From NCBI GenBank assembly GCA_040222015.1, contig JAVJWO010000085.1, positions 12,775 to 76,774 of the forward strand: a DNA stretch of 64,000 nt, in the 5' to 3' direction. Both the position numbers and the translations under genes were made by a program. Of the stretch, positions 11,572 through 20,092 are shown piece after piece (position 1 is the stretch's first letter; each line of letters starts with the position of its first letter). Source of the stretch: Coleofasciculus chthonoplastes F2-STO-03. Its GTDB lineage: Bacteria > Cyanobacteriota > Cyanobacteriia > Cyanobacteriales > Coleofasciculaceae. The notes beneath the pieces were generated by a model, which was not told where the DNA came from, searched no databases, and saw only the letters and a list, made by a program, of their open reading frames with translations.

Positions 11572-11982
11572 ATGCGTATACTTGATGATTTAGAAACACC
11601 GTTCCAGATTAATATTGTGCCGATGATTGATGCAATATTCGCAATCTTGGCATTTTTTATCATTTCAACGCTTTATTTAACCCGATCTGAAGGACTACCT
11701 GTTAATTTACCGACAGCGATAACCGCAGAGAGTCAGGTACAAGACCGAATAATTACGGTCACGATTCAGGCAAATGGAGCCATTTTTATTAACCAAGAAC
11801 CGATTGAATTATCACAACTTGAAGTAGGGATAGAGTCATTAGTAACAGGAGATTCTCCATTCTTAGTGATTATTAATGCCGATGAAAATGTCCCTCATGG
11901 TCGAGTCGTTAGCGTTATGGATCGCTTACGGTTAGTCCAAGGAATTCGTTTAGCGATCGCGGCAGTAGAAGCAATGAGATAA
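11572..11982 (+). CDS. exbD: Biopolymer transporter ExbD/TolR family
   Basis: INIVPMIDAIFAILAFFII TM with conserved Asp; ADENVPHGRVVSVMD. Confidence 0.9.
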   Translation: MRILDDLETPFQINIVPMIDAIFAILAFFIISTLYLTRSEGLPVNLPTAITAESQVQDRIITVTIQANGAIFINQEPIELSQLEVGIESLVTGDSPFLVIINADENVPHGRVVSVMDRLRLVQGIRLAIAAVEAMR

Positions 11983-12648
11983 GCCGTTCAGCATTTAAAC
12001 CTTAATGTCTATAATGACGAAATCCCTGTAGTGCTAGCCAGCCAGCTCGCTACTAATACCCAATTTAAATGGAATGGTACTGAAAATTTACATTTTGGGA
12101 GCGCCAAAACCTTGATATACCGTAGGGTGGGCATTGCCCACCAGCCTTACAGCACTTTCACGCCACGGTGGGCTCTTCCGGATGCTTGGTGGAAAATGTA
12201 GCAAATAATACGATTTAAACTGAATTAAGCTAAAAAATGCTAAACCACCATCATAGCCCACAATCGGGCAAACTCCTCAAATCGGCACGGGCAAACCTAA
12301 ACATTTTTTAAAATTTAATTTATAATTCGTAAAGATATTTATCGCAAATTTTCGACCCTAGTCTAATAAAATAGCTAAAGTTAGCTTGCTGGTTGCGACA
12401 AAAGGGAATGACTCCTGTACGAACAGGTTCTGACATGCTATCACGGAAAGATATTATTCAGAGATTGGCTACAGCCAGCAGCATTACGGAATGGATTAGG
12501 GATTCCGCAACGTCCAGTTTTGTCGGCGTGGACGCTGGTTCCCTGTAATATGCACAGACAACTTCTCTTGTCAAGATCTTATAGAATTTGACACTCTCAG
12601 GTTTTTTTCTGTTCGCTGATTTAAATTTTAAATGGAGGAATATGACTC

Positions 12649-14370
12649 ATGCCATTAGATTATTTTGCACCAGGAGTCTACGTTGAAGAGGTAGACCGAG
12701 GCAGTCGCCCGATAGAGGGCATTAGTATGAGTGTCGCTGGGTTTATTGGGTTTACCGAGGATATACGCGGTGACGCCGAATTATTTAAACCCATGCTGAT
12801 TACCACTTGGGATCAGTACTTACAGTCCTTTGCCAAAGAAGGCTCCGATGGGTTTACGGACTTTGACGCCTATTTACCCTTTGCGGTTCAAGGGTGGTTT
12901 CTCAATGGTGGGGGTCGCTGTTGGGTGACCAGTATTGGTACAAAACTTCCCGGTTCTGAACCGCCGCCAATCGAGCAAACGGGGACTAAGATTCTCACAG
13001 CCGGAAATCGCCCCTCTTTACAATTCACGCTTAAACCGGCTGAATCTGAATCAGAAGAAGGGGGAGCCTTAGCGCTATCCGGTGCAGATGAACCTCGGCT
13101 GCGGATGGTGATTCAAGAAAGCACACCCAAACCCTTACCCGAAGACGCACCAGAGGATGCCGAACCTCCGTACAATACCGGTGAATTCTTTGACCTGATT
13201 GTGGCACGGGGCGACGAGGTATTGGAACGGTATGACCACCTGACGATGAATCCCGAAGTGGAAACTCAGGTAGCTGACTATGTAGTTACCGCCGTAGAAA
13301 GTTCTGAATTTATCCAGGCGGTTGACATTTCCCAAAGCGGACAACCCCTGTCACGGCGACCTATGCAGGGAGCGTATGAGATTACACCGCCCCCCTATAT
13401 TTCTGACCCGGAACACTTTGCCCGGGATTTACAAGGACAACGGGATGACCGCACGGGGACACAGGGGATTTTTGAAATTGATGAAGTCGCCATGATTGCT
13501 TGTCCTGACTTGATGAAGGTGTATCAAGAGGGATTGATGAACTTGGAGCAAGTTCACGGTGTCATGGAAATGATGCTGAGTATGTGCGAGAATTCCTTCC
13601 CCGGTCCAGCCTACCGGATGGCGGTTCTTGATGCACCTCCGGTCAAGCCGACGAAAGGAGATACCCCGGTTTCGGCGGAACAACAGAAGCCGCAAGATGT
13701 CGCGGCTTGGTTAAAACTGTTTAACCGCCGTTCCATGTTTGGCGCTCTTTATTATCCTTGGATTAAAGTAGCGAATCCTCGCAATGGTGGGCGTCCCATG
13801 TATGTCCCCCCCTGTGGTCACATGATGGGGATTTGGTGTCGCACCGATGAGACACGCGGCGTGTTCAAAGCACCCGCTAACGAAACACCGCGCGGTGTGA
13901 CGGGTTTAGCCTATGACACCAATATGCGGGAACAGGAACTGTTAAACCCGATGGGAATTAACTGTATCCGTAACTTCGCCAATTACAACCGAGGTTACAA
14001 GGTTTGGGGTGCTCGCACCTTGGTAGAACCGGATAACGTGCAATGGCGTTATATCAGTGTCCGCCGCTTACTCAGCTACATTGAGAAATCCATTGAAATT
14101 GGTACACAGTGGGTGGTGTTCGAGCCAAATGACCAAATTCTCTGGGCGCGTGTACGCCGTACAGTCAACAATTTCCTAGAACGGCTGTGGCGTGAGGGAG
14201 CATTGTTTGGAACTTCCCCTTCAGAATCGTTCTATGTCAAGTGTGATGGGGAAATCAATACCCATGAGACAATTATGCTCGGTCGTCTCTATGTAGAAGT
14301 CGGTGTTTGTCCAGTCCGTCCGGCTGAATTTGTGATCTTCCGGATTAGTCAGTGGGCACCGAATCAATAG
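12649..14370 (+). CDS. Contractile injection system (eCIS/tCIS) tail sheath protein
   Basis: YFAPGVYVEE N-terminus; ALYYPWI, GVFKAPANE, VWGARTL, WRYISVRR, WVVFEPND, RPAEFVIFRI. Confidence 0.95.
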   Translation: MPLDYFAPGVYVEEVDRGSRPIEGISMSVAGFIGFTEDIRGDAELFKPMLITTWDQYLQSFAKEGSDGFTDFDAYLPFAVQGWFLNGGGRCWVTSIGTKLPGSEPPPIEQTGTKILTAGNRPSLQFTLKPAESESEEGGALALSGADEPRLRMVIQESTPKPLPEDAPEDAEPPYNTGEFFDLIVARGDEVLERYDHLTMNPEVETQVADYVVTAVESSEFIQAVDISQSGQPLSRRPMQGAYEITPPPYISDPEHFARDLQGQRDDRTGTQGIFEIDEVAMIACPDLMKVYQEGLMNLEQVHGVMEMMLSMCENSFPGPAYRMAVLDAPPVKPTKGDTPVSAEQQKPQDVAAWLKLFNRRSMFGALYYPWIKVANPRNGGRPMYVPPCGHMMGIWCRTDETRGVFKAPANETPRGVTGLAYDTNMREQELLNPMGINCIRNFANYNRGYKVWGARTLVEPDNVQWRYISVRRLLSYIEKSIEIGTQWVVFEPNDQILWARVRRTVNNFLERLWREGALFGTSPSESFYVKCDGEINTHETIMLGRLYVEVGVCPVRPAEFVIFRISQWAPNQ

Positions 14371-14819
14371 GTGATACCACAAACCTCCTACCTAAGTAAT
14401 CGCTTTAGGTAGGGGTTAAAACGCCATTTAGGGGCGACCCACTGGCATTAATGGACAACTCTAGAAACAGGGCGGGTTTAGTCACATCGAGGTGCAACCG
14501 AAAAGATAGTAGTAAAACCCGCCCCTACATCGGGTCGCCTTGAATTTAGGCAAAGTAAATAATTGTAACGAAAAAGGATTGAGAAACATCAAATCAAAAG
14601 GGAAGGAAACTCGAATTTCATCGAACGTTTAACAGCACCTCACAGACCTTGACATTTTGTAATCGTTATGAGCAAAAAATTATGCTATAACAGAAGTCTC
14701 TAACTGTTAAACTGTCTGATTATGGTCTGATGGTTTGGTCAATGTGTTAACTTATGTATCGCCAACACATCGAAACAAGTCAAGGTTAACTATTAACTTG
14801 AGAATAAGGAGATAAAGAT

Positions 14820-15308
14820 ATGGCTGCCGAACTAAAAGGTCTTGCCCCTAGTAGTTTTTCCTGTGATATTGATGGTTTGGGTGAAGTTTCATTTCAAAGT
14901 GTGAAAGTTCCTGAGTACAAGCCGAAACTAGCGGGTGAATCCGCCGTGGTGGGTTCAATGAAAGGTGGGAAATCCGAGCGGCAGATTAACTCGGCGGGCT
15001 TTGAGGAAGTGGTCACTTTTGATTTAGTCTGCCTTTCTAGTCCAAGTCCAACCAGTTCTAGTGTAATCATGTGGAAATGGTTCAAAGCTTGCCTCCCTCC
15101 CTCCGATGGCGGTGAAGGAAAATGGGCTGATAACAAAAAAACAGGAAGTATCTTTGCCTACAGTCATGATGATGCAATTATCGCCCAATGGGACTTCCAA
15201 GAAGCGTGGCCCTCGAAAATGAGCCTTTCCGAATTGGATGTCAATGGCAAAGATTATCTCAAAGAAACCTGGACAATAGTGTGCGAAAATTGCACCCGCG
15301 TGATGTAG
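14820..15308 (+). CDS. CIS tail tube protein (gp19-like), divergent paralogue 1
   Basis: WKWF...KKTGSI..Y......AQWDFQEAWPSK...SELD pattern; SD AAGGAG upstream. Confidence 0.82.
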   Translation: MAAELKGLAPSSFSCDIDGLGEVSFQSVKVPEYKPKLAGESAVVGSMKGGKSERQINSAGFEEVVTFDLVCLSSPSPTSSSVIMWKWFKACLPPSDGGEGKWADNKKTGSIFAYSHDDAIIAQWDFQEAWPSKMSLSELDVNGKDYLKETWTIVCENCTRVM

Positions 15309-15368
15309 GACATTTGAGGGATTTGATCATCAGCTATTTAATGAACTGAATTATCTGGGAGTTGAACC

Positions 15369-15857
15369 ATGGGAGATATTGAATATAACACAAACTCTGC
15401 TTTCTTTTTTGATTGTGATGGAATGGAGATAGTCGTCGAAAAATGTACGATTCCTGCGATTGAAATGAAAGTGGCAGCAGGAAGCGGAGCCATCGGCTGC
15501 GGCAGAGATGGGAAAACCCAAACCCAAGCTACCCCGGGTGCAGTCGAGTATGGTTCTGCTCTTAAACTCGAATATGTGGCAGGTAACGAGGGAGATCAAC
15601 AGAAAATAACCGATTGGTATAAGAAATGCCACGCCTCCTCGTTCTCCGGTGGTGCTACAGAGTCGAGGAAAAACCGAAAAACAGCATCACTGTTTATTTA
15701 CGATATGAATGGTAATATTGGAGCGCAGTACGATTTCATCGATTGCTTCCCCAGCAATCTGACCCAAACCAGTCAATTCGATGTTAGTAAGCCGGGAGAA
15801 CTGGCGAAAGATACGATGGAGATTCGGTTCACGAAAATGGTACGGGCAGACGTGTGA
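15369..15857 (+). CDS. CIS tail tube protein (gp19-like), divergent paralogue 2
   Basis: DWY...RKTASLFIYD.NG...AQYDF..CFPS pattern; SD GGAG. Confidence 0.8.
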   Translation: MGDIEYNTNSAFFFDCDGMEIVVEKCTIPAIEMKVAAGSGAIGCGRDGKTQTQATPGAVEYGSALKLEYVAGNEGDQQKITDWYKKCHASSFSGGATESRKNRKTASLFIYDMNGNIGAQYDFIDCFPSNLTQTSQFDVSKPGELAKDTMEIRFTKMVRADV

Positions 15858-15899
15858 TGTGAGTATTGCCTCAATTCGTAATCTAGTTTGTTTAATAAG

Positions 15900-15932
15900 C
15901 TGCCTGGGTGTTTGTTTAAAAAACACCGGGCA
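15900..15932 (+). promoter_or_regulatory. Intergenic stem-loop after tube paralogue 2
   Basis: CTGCCTGGGTGTTT...AAACACCGGGCAG inverted repeat. Confidence 0.55.
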
Positions 15933-15979
15933 GTGTTTTGTCCATTGCCGGATAACATGAAAGGCAAAGGAGGTGAACA

Positions 15980-16474
15980 ATGGCAGAAGTTGAAATTCTG
16001 ACGCGATCGCGCTTTTATTTAGAGTTAATCTTAGATGGAAGTAACGATGCTGTCGATGGTTTGTTTCAGGAATGTGCGGGCTTTAAAGCAACCCAGGATG
16101 TTGTTGAAGTCTGCGAGGTAACGCCGCAGAAGTGGGGTAAAAGCGGGAATTCTAGAGGTCGAATGGTTCGGACTAAGGTTCCGGGTAATATCACCTACAC
16201 CAATCTCACCTTGAAACGAGGTTTAAATATTTCCATGACCTTGTGGAATTGGCTGAATTCTGTACAGGAAGGAGCAAATTGGGAAGATCAACGGCGTAAT
16301 GGTGCATTAGTTCTCTATGATACGGCATCTAAGGAGCAGTTTCGATTTGAATTTAAAGGCGCGTGGCCCATTAGCTATAAAATTTCTGATTTGACTGTTA
16401 CAGGAGATGAGTATCAAGTAGAAGAAGTCGAGGTGACAGTTGAACAATTAACACGGATTAAGCCAGGGACATGA
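15980..16474 (+). CDS. CIS tail tube / tube initiator (Afp5/Pvc5-like gp19)
   Basis: FQECAG, KVPG.ITYTNLTLKRG, RRNGALVLYD, F.GAWP; SD GGAGG. Confidence 0.9.
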   Translation: MAEVEILTRSRFYLELILDGSNDAVDGLFQECAGFKATQDVVEVCEVTPQKWGKSGNSRGRMVRTKVPGNITYTNLTLKRGLNISMTLWNWLNSVQEGANWEDQRRNGALVLYDTASKEQFRFEFKGAWPISYKISDLTVTGDEYQVEEVEVTVEQLTRIKPGT

Positions 16475-16830
16475 TTCAAACCGAGTTTGAATTTGAGCTT
16501 CCCAAAGGATATCTGGATGGGGAAGGAAACTTACACCGCAAAGGGGTAATGCGGTTAGCGCGGGCAATTGATGAAATCGTTCCCATGCGTGATCCTCGCG
16601 TGAAATCTAATCCCGCGTATGCCACGGTGATTATTTTATCAAGAGTCATTTTACGTTTGGGGGCTTTAGATGAAGTCACTCCTACAATAATTGAAAATTT
16701 GTTTACCTGTGATCTCAATTATTTGCAACAATTTTATCGGCAAATTAACGAATTAGAATCTGAAAACCAAGTCGAACAGAGTTCTAGTTTTTCGGCACAA
16801 TCTGGATCAATCACATCTGATTCTGAATGA
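16471..16830 (+). CDS. CIS tail assembly chaperone, copy 1
   Basis: TEFEFELPKGYLD.EG.LHRKGVMRLA.A.DEI.P..DPRV..NPAY..VIILSRVI..LG motif. Confidence 0.88.
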   Translation: MIQTEFEFELPKGYLDGEGNLHRKGVMRLARAIDEIVPMRDPRVKSNPAYATVIILSRVILRLGALDEVTPTIIENLFTCDLNYLQQFYRQINELESENQVEQSSSFSAQSGSITSDSE

Positions 16831-16994
16831 TATAAAATTCATTTTTTTGTCAACAATAAATCTCAAAAATAAGGTTTGATACAAGTGGTTAAGTAAAGGG
16901 CGACCCGATCCAATTAAATGGATAAACTTGTTGATTGATGCAGCGGGTCGCCCCTACAGGAGAACGAAGGACAAAGGACAAATGACCAATAACT

Positions 16995-17312
16995 ATGGAC
17001 TATACATATTTTGAATTTACTCTACCCAAAGGTTTCGTGGATACCAATTGTGGTATTCATCACCATGGGATAATGCGTCGAGTCACCGGGAAAGATGAGA
17101 TTGTAGTTCACAAAGATAGCCATGTGCAGCAAGAACCTTACTACCGCATTTTTGTTATTTTGTCTAGAGTTATCACCCGTATTGGCAACCTTTCTCCGGT
17201 TACACCGAAACTATTAGAACAACTTTTTTTAGTAGACTTGATTTACTTACAAAACTTTTTCAATCATATCAATCAGCATCAGGGAGGAATGGCGCGATCG
17301 GGGGAATATTAG
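16995..17312 (+). CDS. CIS tail assembly chaperone, copy 2 (gpG-like, ends in the frameshift cassette)
   Basis: FEFTLPKGFVD...H..G.MR..T.KDEI...VILSRVITRIG; paralogue of 16471-16830. Confidence 0.85.
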   Translation: MDYTYFEFTLPKGFVDTNCGIHHHGIMRRVTGKDEIVVHKDSHVQQEPYYRIFVILSRVITRIGNLSPVTPKLLEQLFLVDLIYLQNFFNHINQHQGGMARSGEY

Positions 17313-17455
17313 GCTACCCCTTGGATCGTTTATACCAAGAGGTAGCCTTAATTGCTTTTTACTTTCACTGGTCATTAGACGATATCCTAAACCTAGAACA
17401 TGAAGAACGGCTGCGCTGGGTTATAGAAATCCGCCGATTCACGAATGACAAATGA
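17306..17455 (+). CDS. DUF6760-like ORF (gpT-like), probably reached by -1 frameshift
   Basis: The -1 frame reads ILGYPLDRLYQEVALIAFYFHWSLDDILNLEHEERLRWVIEIRRFTNDK*; no ATG/GTG in frame after the stop at 17165; absent from the ORF track. Confidence 0.8.
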   Translation: MLGYPLDRLYQEVALIAFYFHWSLDDILNLEHEERLRWVIEIRRFTNDK

Positions 17456-17493
17456 CAAATGACGAATGACGAATGACAAATGACAAATGACAA

Positions 17494-17775
17494 ATGACGA
17501 AATTTGCCTTCCCCTTGTCAGAAACCGCTGTTCAGGTAAAAATAGGGTCACAGTTGATCGAGTGTATCCCTGAGTTAGACCAAGCTCAAGTGCTTGTAGA
17601 TACGGAACCACCAGCCGATTATTTTGATGATCTGCCTTCATTCAATCCCCTATTTGCTCAAGGTGTTAGCACTCGCCCCTGTCCCTGTGGATCAGGTCAA
17701 TTGTTTCAAGCGTGTCATGGCAGCTTAACTATCAACTGTCAATCGTCAACCGTGGAAACCTCTGAGTCATCGTAA
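17494..17775 (+). CDS. Small SEC-C motif protein
   Basis: CPCGSGQLFQACHG SEC-C zinc motif; stop overlaps next start (TAATG); own start uncertain because it lies inside an STRR. Confidence 0.6.
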   Translation: MTKFAFPLSETAVQVKIGSQLIECIPELDQAQVLVDTEPPADYFDDLPSFNPLFAQGVSTRPCPCGSGQLFQACHGSLTINCQSSTVETSESS

Positions 17776-19109
17776 TGAGTAATTCTCTAGCCATTGCTAC
17801 CGTAACCGCCACTCTCCAACGAATTGTACAGACGTCGATTCAGGACGATATTAGTGGGGCAATGGTGACCACACTACGACCCAATGAAGTGGGAACAGCA
17901 ACTCCCCAAGTGGGCGTGAATGTCTTTCTTTACCAGGTTCAGATTAACCATGCTTGGCGTCAACAGGCTGAAATACAAGCCCGCAGTCGGGGAAACCCAG
18001 GTGCCAAGCGATCGCAAACTGCCCTAGACTTACATTACATGATCAGTTTCTACGGGAATGATAACGACTTACAACCGCAACGGTTGATGGGTAGTGTGAT
18101 GGGTGGTCTCAACGACTGGCGTACCCTGAAAAAAGAGAGAATTGAGCAAACCCTCCACGATTCTACCTATCACTATTTATTAGAGTCTGACCTACCGGAT
18201 CAGATCCAAGAAATCTCCCTGTGGCCCCTCGATTTGTCCTTAGAAGATTTATCTAAAGCCTGGTCAGCTTTTTTTCAAACCACTTACTTATTATCGGTGG
18301 CTTATCGGGCTAGGGTAATTATGCTCGAAGGGCAAGATACAGGCAAGAGACCTCTGCCAGTACGGGCTCGTTCTTTAGAGGGAATTGTTCCCTTTACTAA
18401 TCAGCCGAAAATTGATCGGATCATTTCTGAAGCTGGGCGATTGGAACCCATCTTAGCCGATAGTACGGTGTTAATTCAAGGGAACCATTTACAAAGTGAT
18501 ATCACCCAAGTTTGGATTGGGGAAATGGAAGTCACCCCCAGTGAAATCACCGACACCCAAATTGTATTACCCCTTTCCTCTATACCCACTGAATCATTAC
18601 AGGCGGGGATGCATAGTCTCCAGGTGGTGCATCGTCTGGCAAAAGTGATGCCACCCACATCAGGTAATGGTAATGGCGTCAGTGGGAATGGGGGTCAGAT
18701 GCAAACGGTTAATCAGCCTCAAACTTTTGTTTCTAGTATTCAGTCGAATGTATCTCCTTTGGTGATTCGTCCCACAATTACAAAAACTACGGTGTCTAAA
18801 AAAGAGGTTGATGATGAAGATTTGCGGTCTGCGGAAATACGGGTACGATCCAATTTAACCGTAGGTAAAAAGCAGCGCGTTTTGTTAGCCCTGAATGAAA
18901 TTGATACGAATCAACCGGCGGCTTATTTGTTTGAAGCGTCTCCTCGCCAGACGGATGTGATTTGGGTGTCTTTCCCGGTTGAACGGATGAAAGGAGGACG
19001 CTATTTAGTTCGCTTGTTGGTTGATGGTGCAGAAAGTCCGCTGATTGTGGATACTGAACCCGATAGTCCCACGTTTAATCAGTATGTGGGTCCGAGAATC
19101 TCGATTTAA
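17775..19109 (+). CDS. Pvc16/Afp16-like DUF4255 cap (tail terminator) protein with C-terminal Ig/IPT-like domains
   Basis: MSNSLAIATVTATL, VNVFLYQV, ALDLHYMISFYG, LSVAY; C-terminal G.YLVRL.VDGAES. Confidence 0.88.
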   Translation: MSNSLAIATVTATLQRIVQTSIQDDISGAMVTTLRPNEVGTATPQVGVNVFLYQVQINHAWRQQAEIQARSRGNPGAKRSQTALDLHYMISFYGNDNDLQPQRLMGSVMGGLNDWRTLKKERIEQTLHDSTYHYLLESDLPDQIQEISLWPLDLSLEDLSKAWSAFFQTTYLLSVAYRARVIMLEGQDTGKRPLPVRARSLEGIVPFTNQPKIDRIISEAGRLEPILADSTVLIQGNHLQSDITQVWIGEMEVTPSEITDTQIVLPLSSIPTESLQAGMHSLQVVHRLAKVMPPTSGNGNGVSGNGGQMQTVNQPQTFVSSIQSNVSPLVIRPTITKTTVSKKEVDDEDLRSAEIRVRSNLTVGKKQRVLLALNEIDTNQPAAYLFEASPRQTDVIWVSFPVERMKGGRYLVRLLVDGAESPLIVDTEPDSPTFNQYVGPRISI

Positions 19110-19181
19110 AGGGTTGATTGTTCATTGGTTTTGACATCCTAAATTTGTGCTAGTTGGTTATTCTTTATCCCTGAGAAGACG

Positions 19182-19403
19182 ATGGACGAAGATATTATCA
19201 GACAAAAACTTAATCAAGAGTTAGATGCGATTAGTATTAACAAGTTGACCCAATTGGGAAATCAAGCGGTTCAGCTAGGGCTAATTGCCGGTCACGGTTA
19301 TCACAAGGGTAAATATGAAATTCTGCGTCAGGGTGAGGCGTTACTGATGTCGCCTGATGAAGCTCAAACTTATTTGGAAAAGCTTATTCAAGACGTGATA
19401 TGA
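19182..19403 (+). CDS. Hypothetical cyanobacterial protein
   Basis: 73-aa ORF with ATG start and protein-like composition (GLIAGHGYHKGKYEIL). Confidence 0.65.
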   Translation: MDEDIIRQKLNQELDAISINKLTQLGNQAVQLGLIAGHGYHKGKYEILRQGEALLMSPDEAQTYLEKLIQDVI

Positions 19404-19710
19404 AGCGGAAGAAGAGAACAACCCAGAATCGTTGCCCTGCGAGTGTCTTCCTCGCTATGGTGCTATTTTTTTTACAAATCCTGTCTTATTTTCTTGCACT
19501 TAATCAGCCGGAAAACTTCCTTAAAGCATTGAAATCTAAGGGTTTTAGACTTGTGCAGCAAACCCTATTTAATGGCTTTAAAAAATTCCCCACTTGAATA
19601 TCGGTGGGTTACGGCGGACAGCTCATTGAATGGTTCCTGTCTCAGTTGAAGTCCCGCCTAACCCACCCTACGTTTTTTGGGGCAAATTGTTTCCCTTTGC
19701 TCTTTTTTTT

Positions 19711-19943
19711 TTAGAGAAAAGGGTGTTTGATTTTTACTGTTACTGCCAATTCGCGATGACGCCACGGGACTTTTATGCTAAATGGGATGTCACGTATGAA
19801 CCGTACAGGGTTGGTTTAACCGAGGTGAAAGACATCGCCCTCCTAAACCTGTTGATTTGCGCCATTTGGCAATTATGGATTTTTTATTAGAGTATTTTGA
19901 GGAGATTCCAGAAAAACTTAGAACGATTACAGATATACTATAG
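19711..19943 (+). pseudogene. Frameshifted helix-turn-helix protein (cyanobacterial MTP..FYAKWDV family)
   Basis: Frame A: ...CQFAMTPRDFYAKWDVTYE; from ~19800 a second frame reads TVQGWFNRGERHRPPKPVDLRHLAIMDFLLEYFEEIP. Confidence 0.65.
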
Positions 19944-20092
19944 AAGTCACTATAGAAGTCACGCGATCGCGAATACCAAGATCACTTCTACTTCGGATCA
20001 AGCGCCGCCTGTTCGTAGTCAGCACTTTAGTGCTGTAGAATAAAATAGTTTAAGGTACTAAAGTGCCTACTACAAACAAATTTTACTTCAAT

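Noticed and set aside
12265..12300. GGGCAAAC twice upstream of the CIS locus, reminiscent of the c-di-GMP-I riboswitch
   Set aside because: Lacks the GNRA-capped P2 and downstream GCAAAGC/P3 elements.
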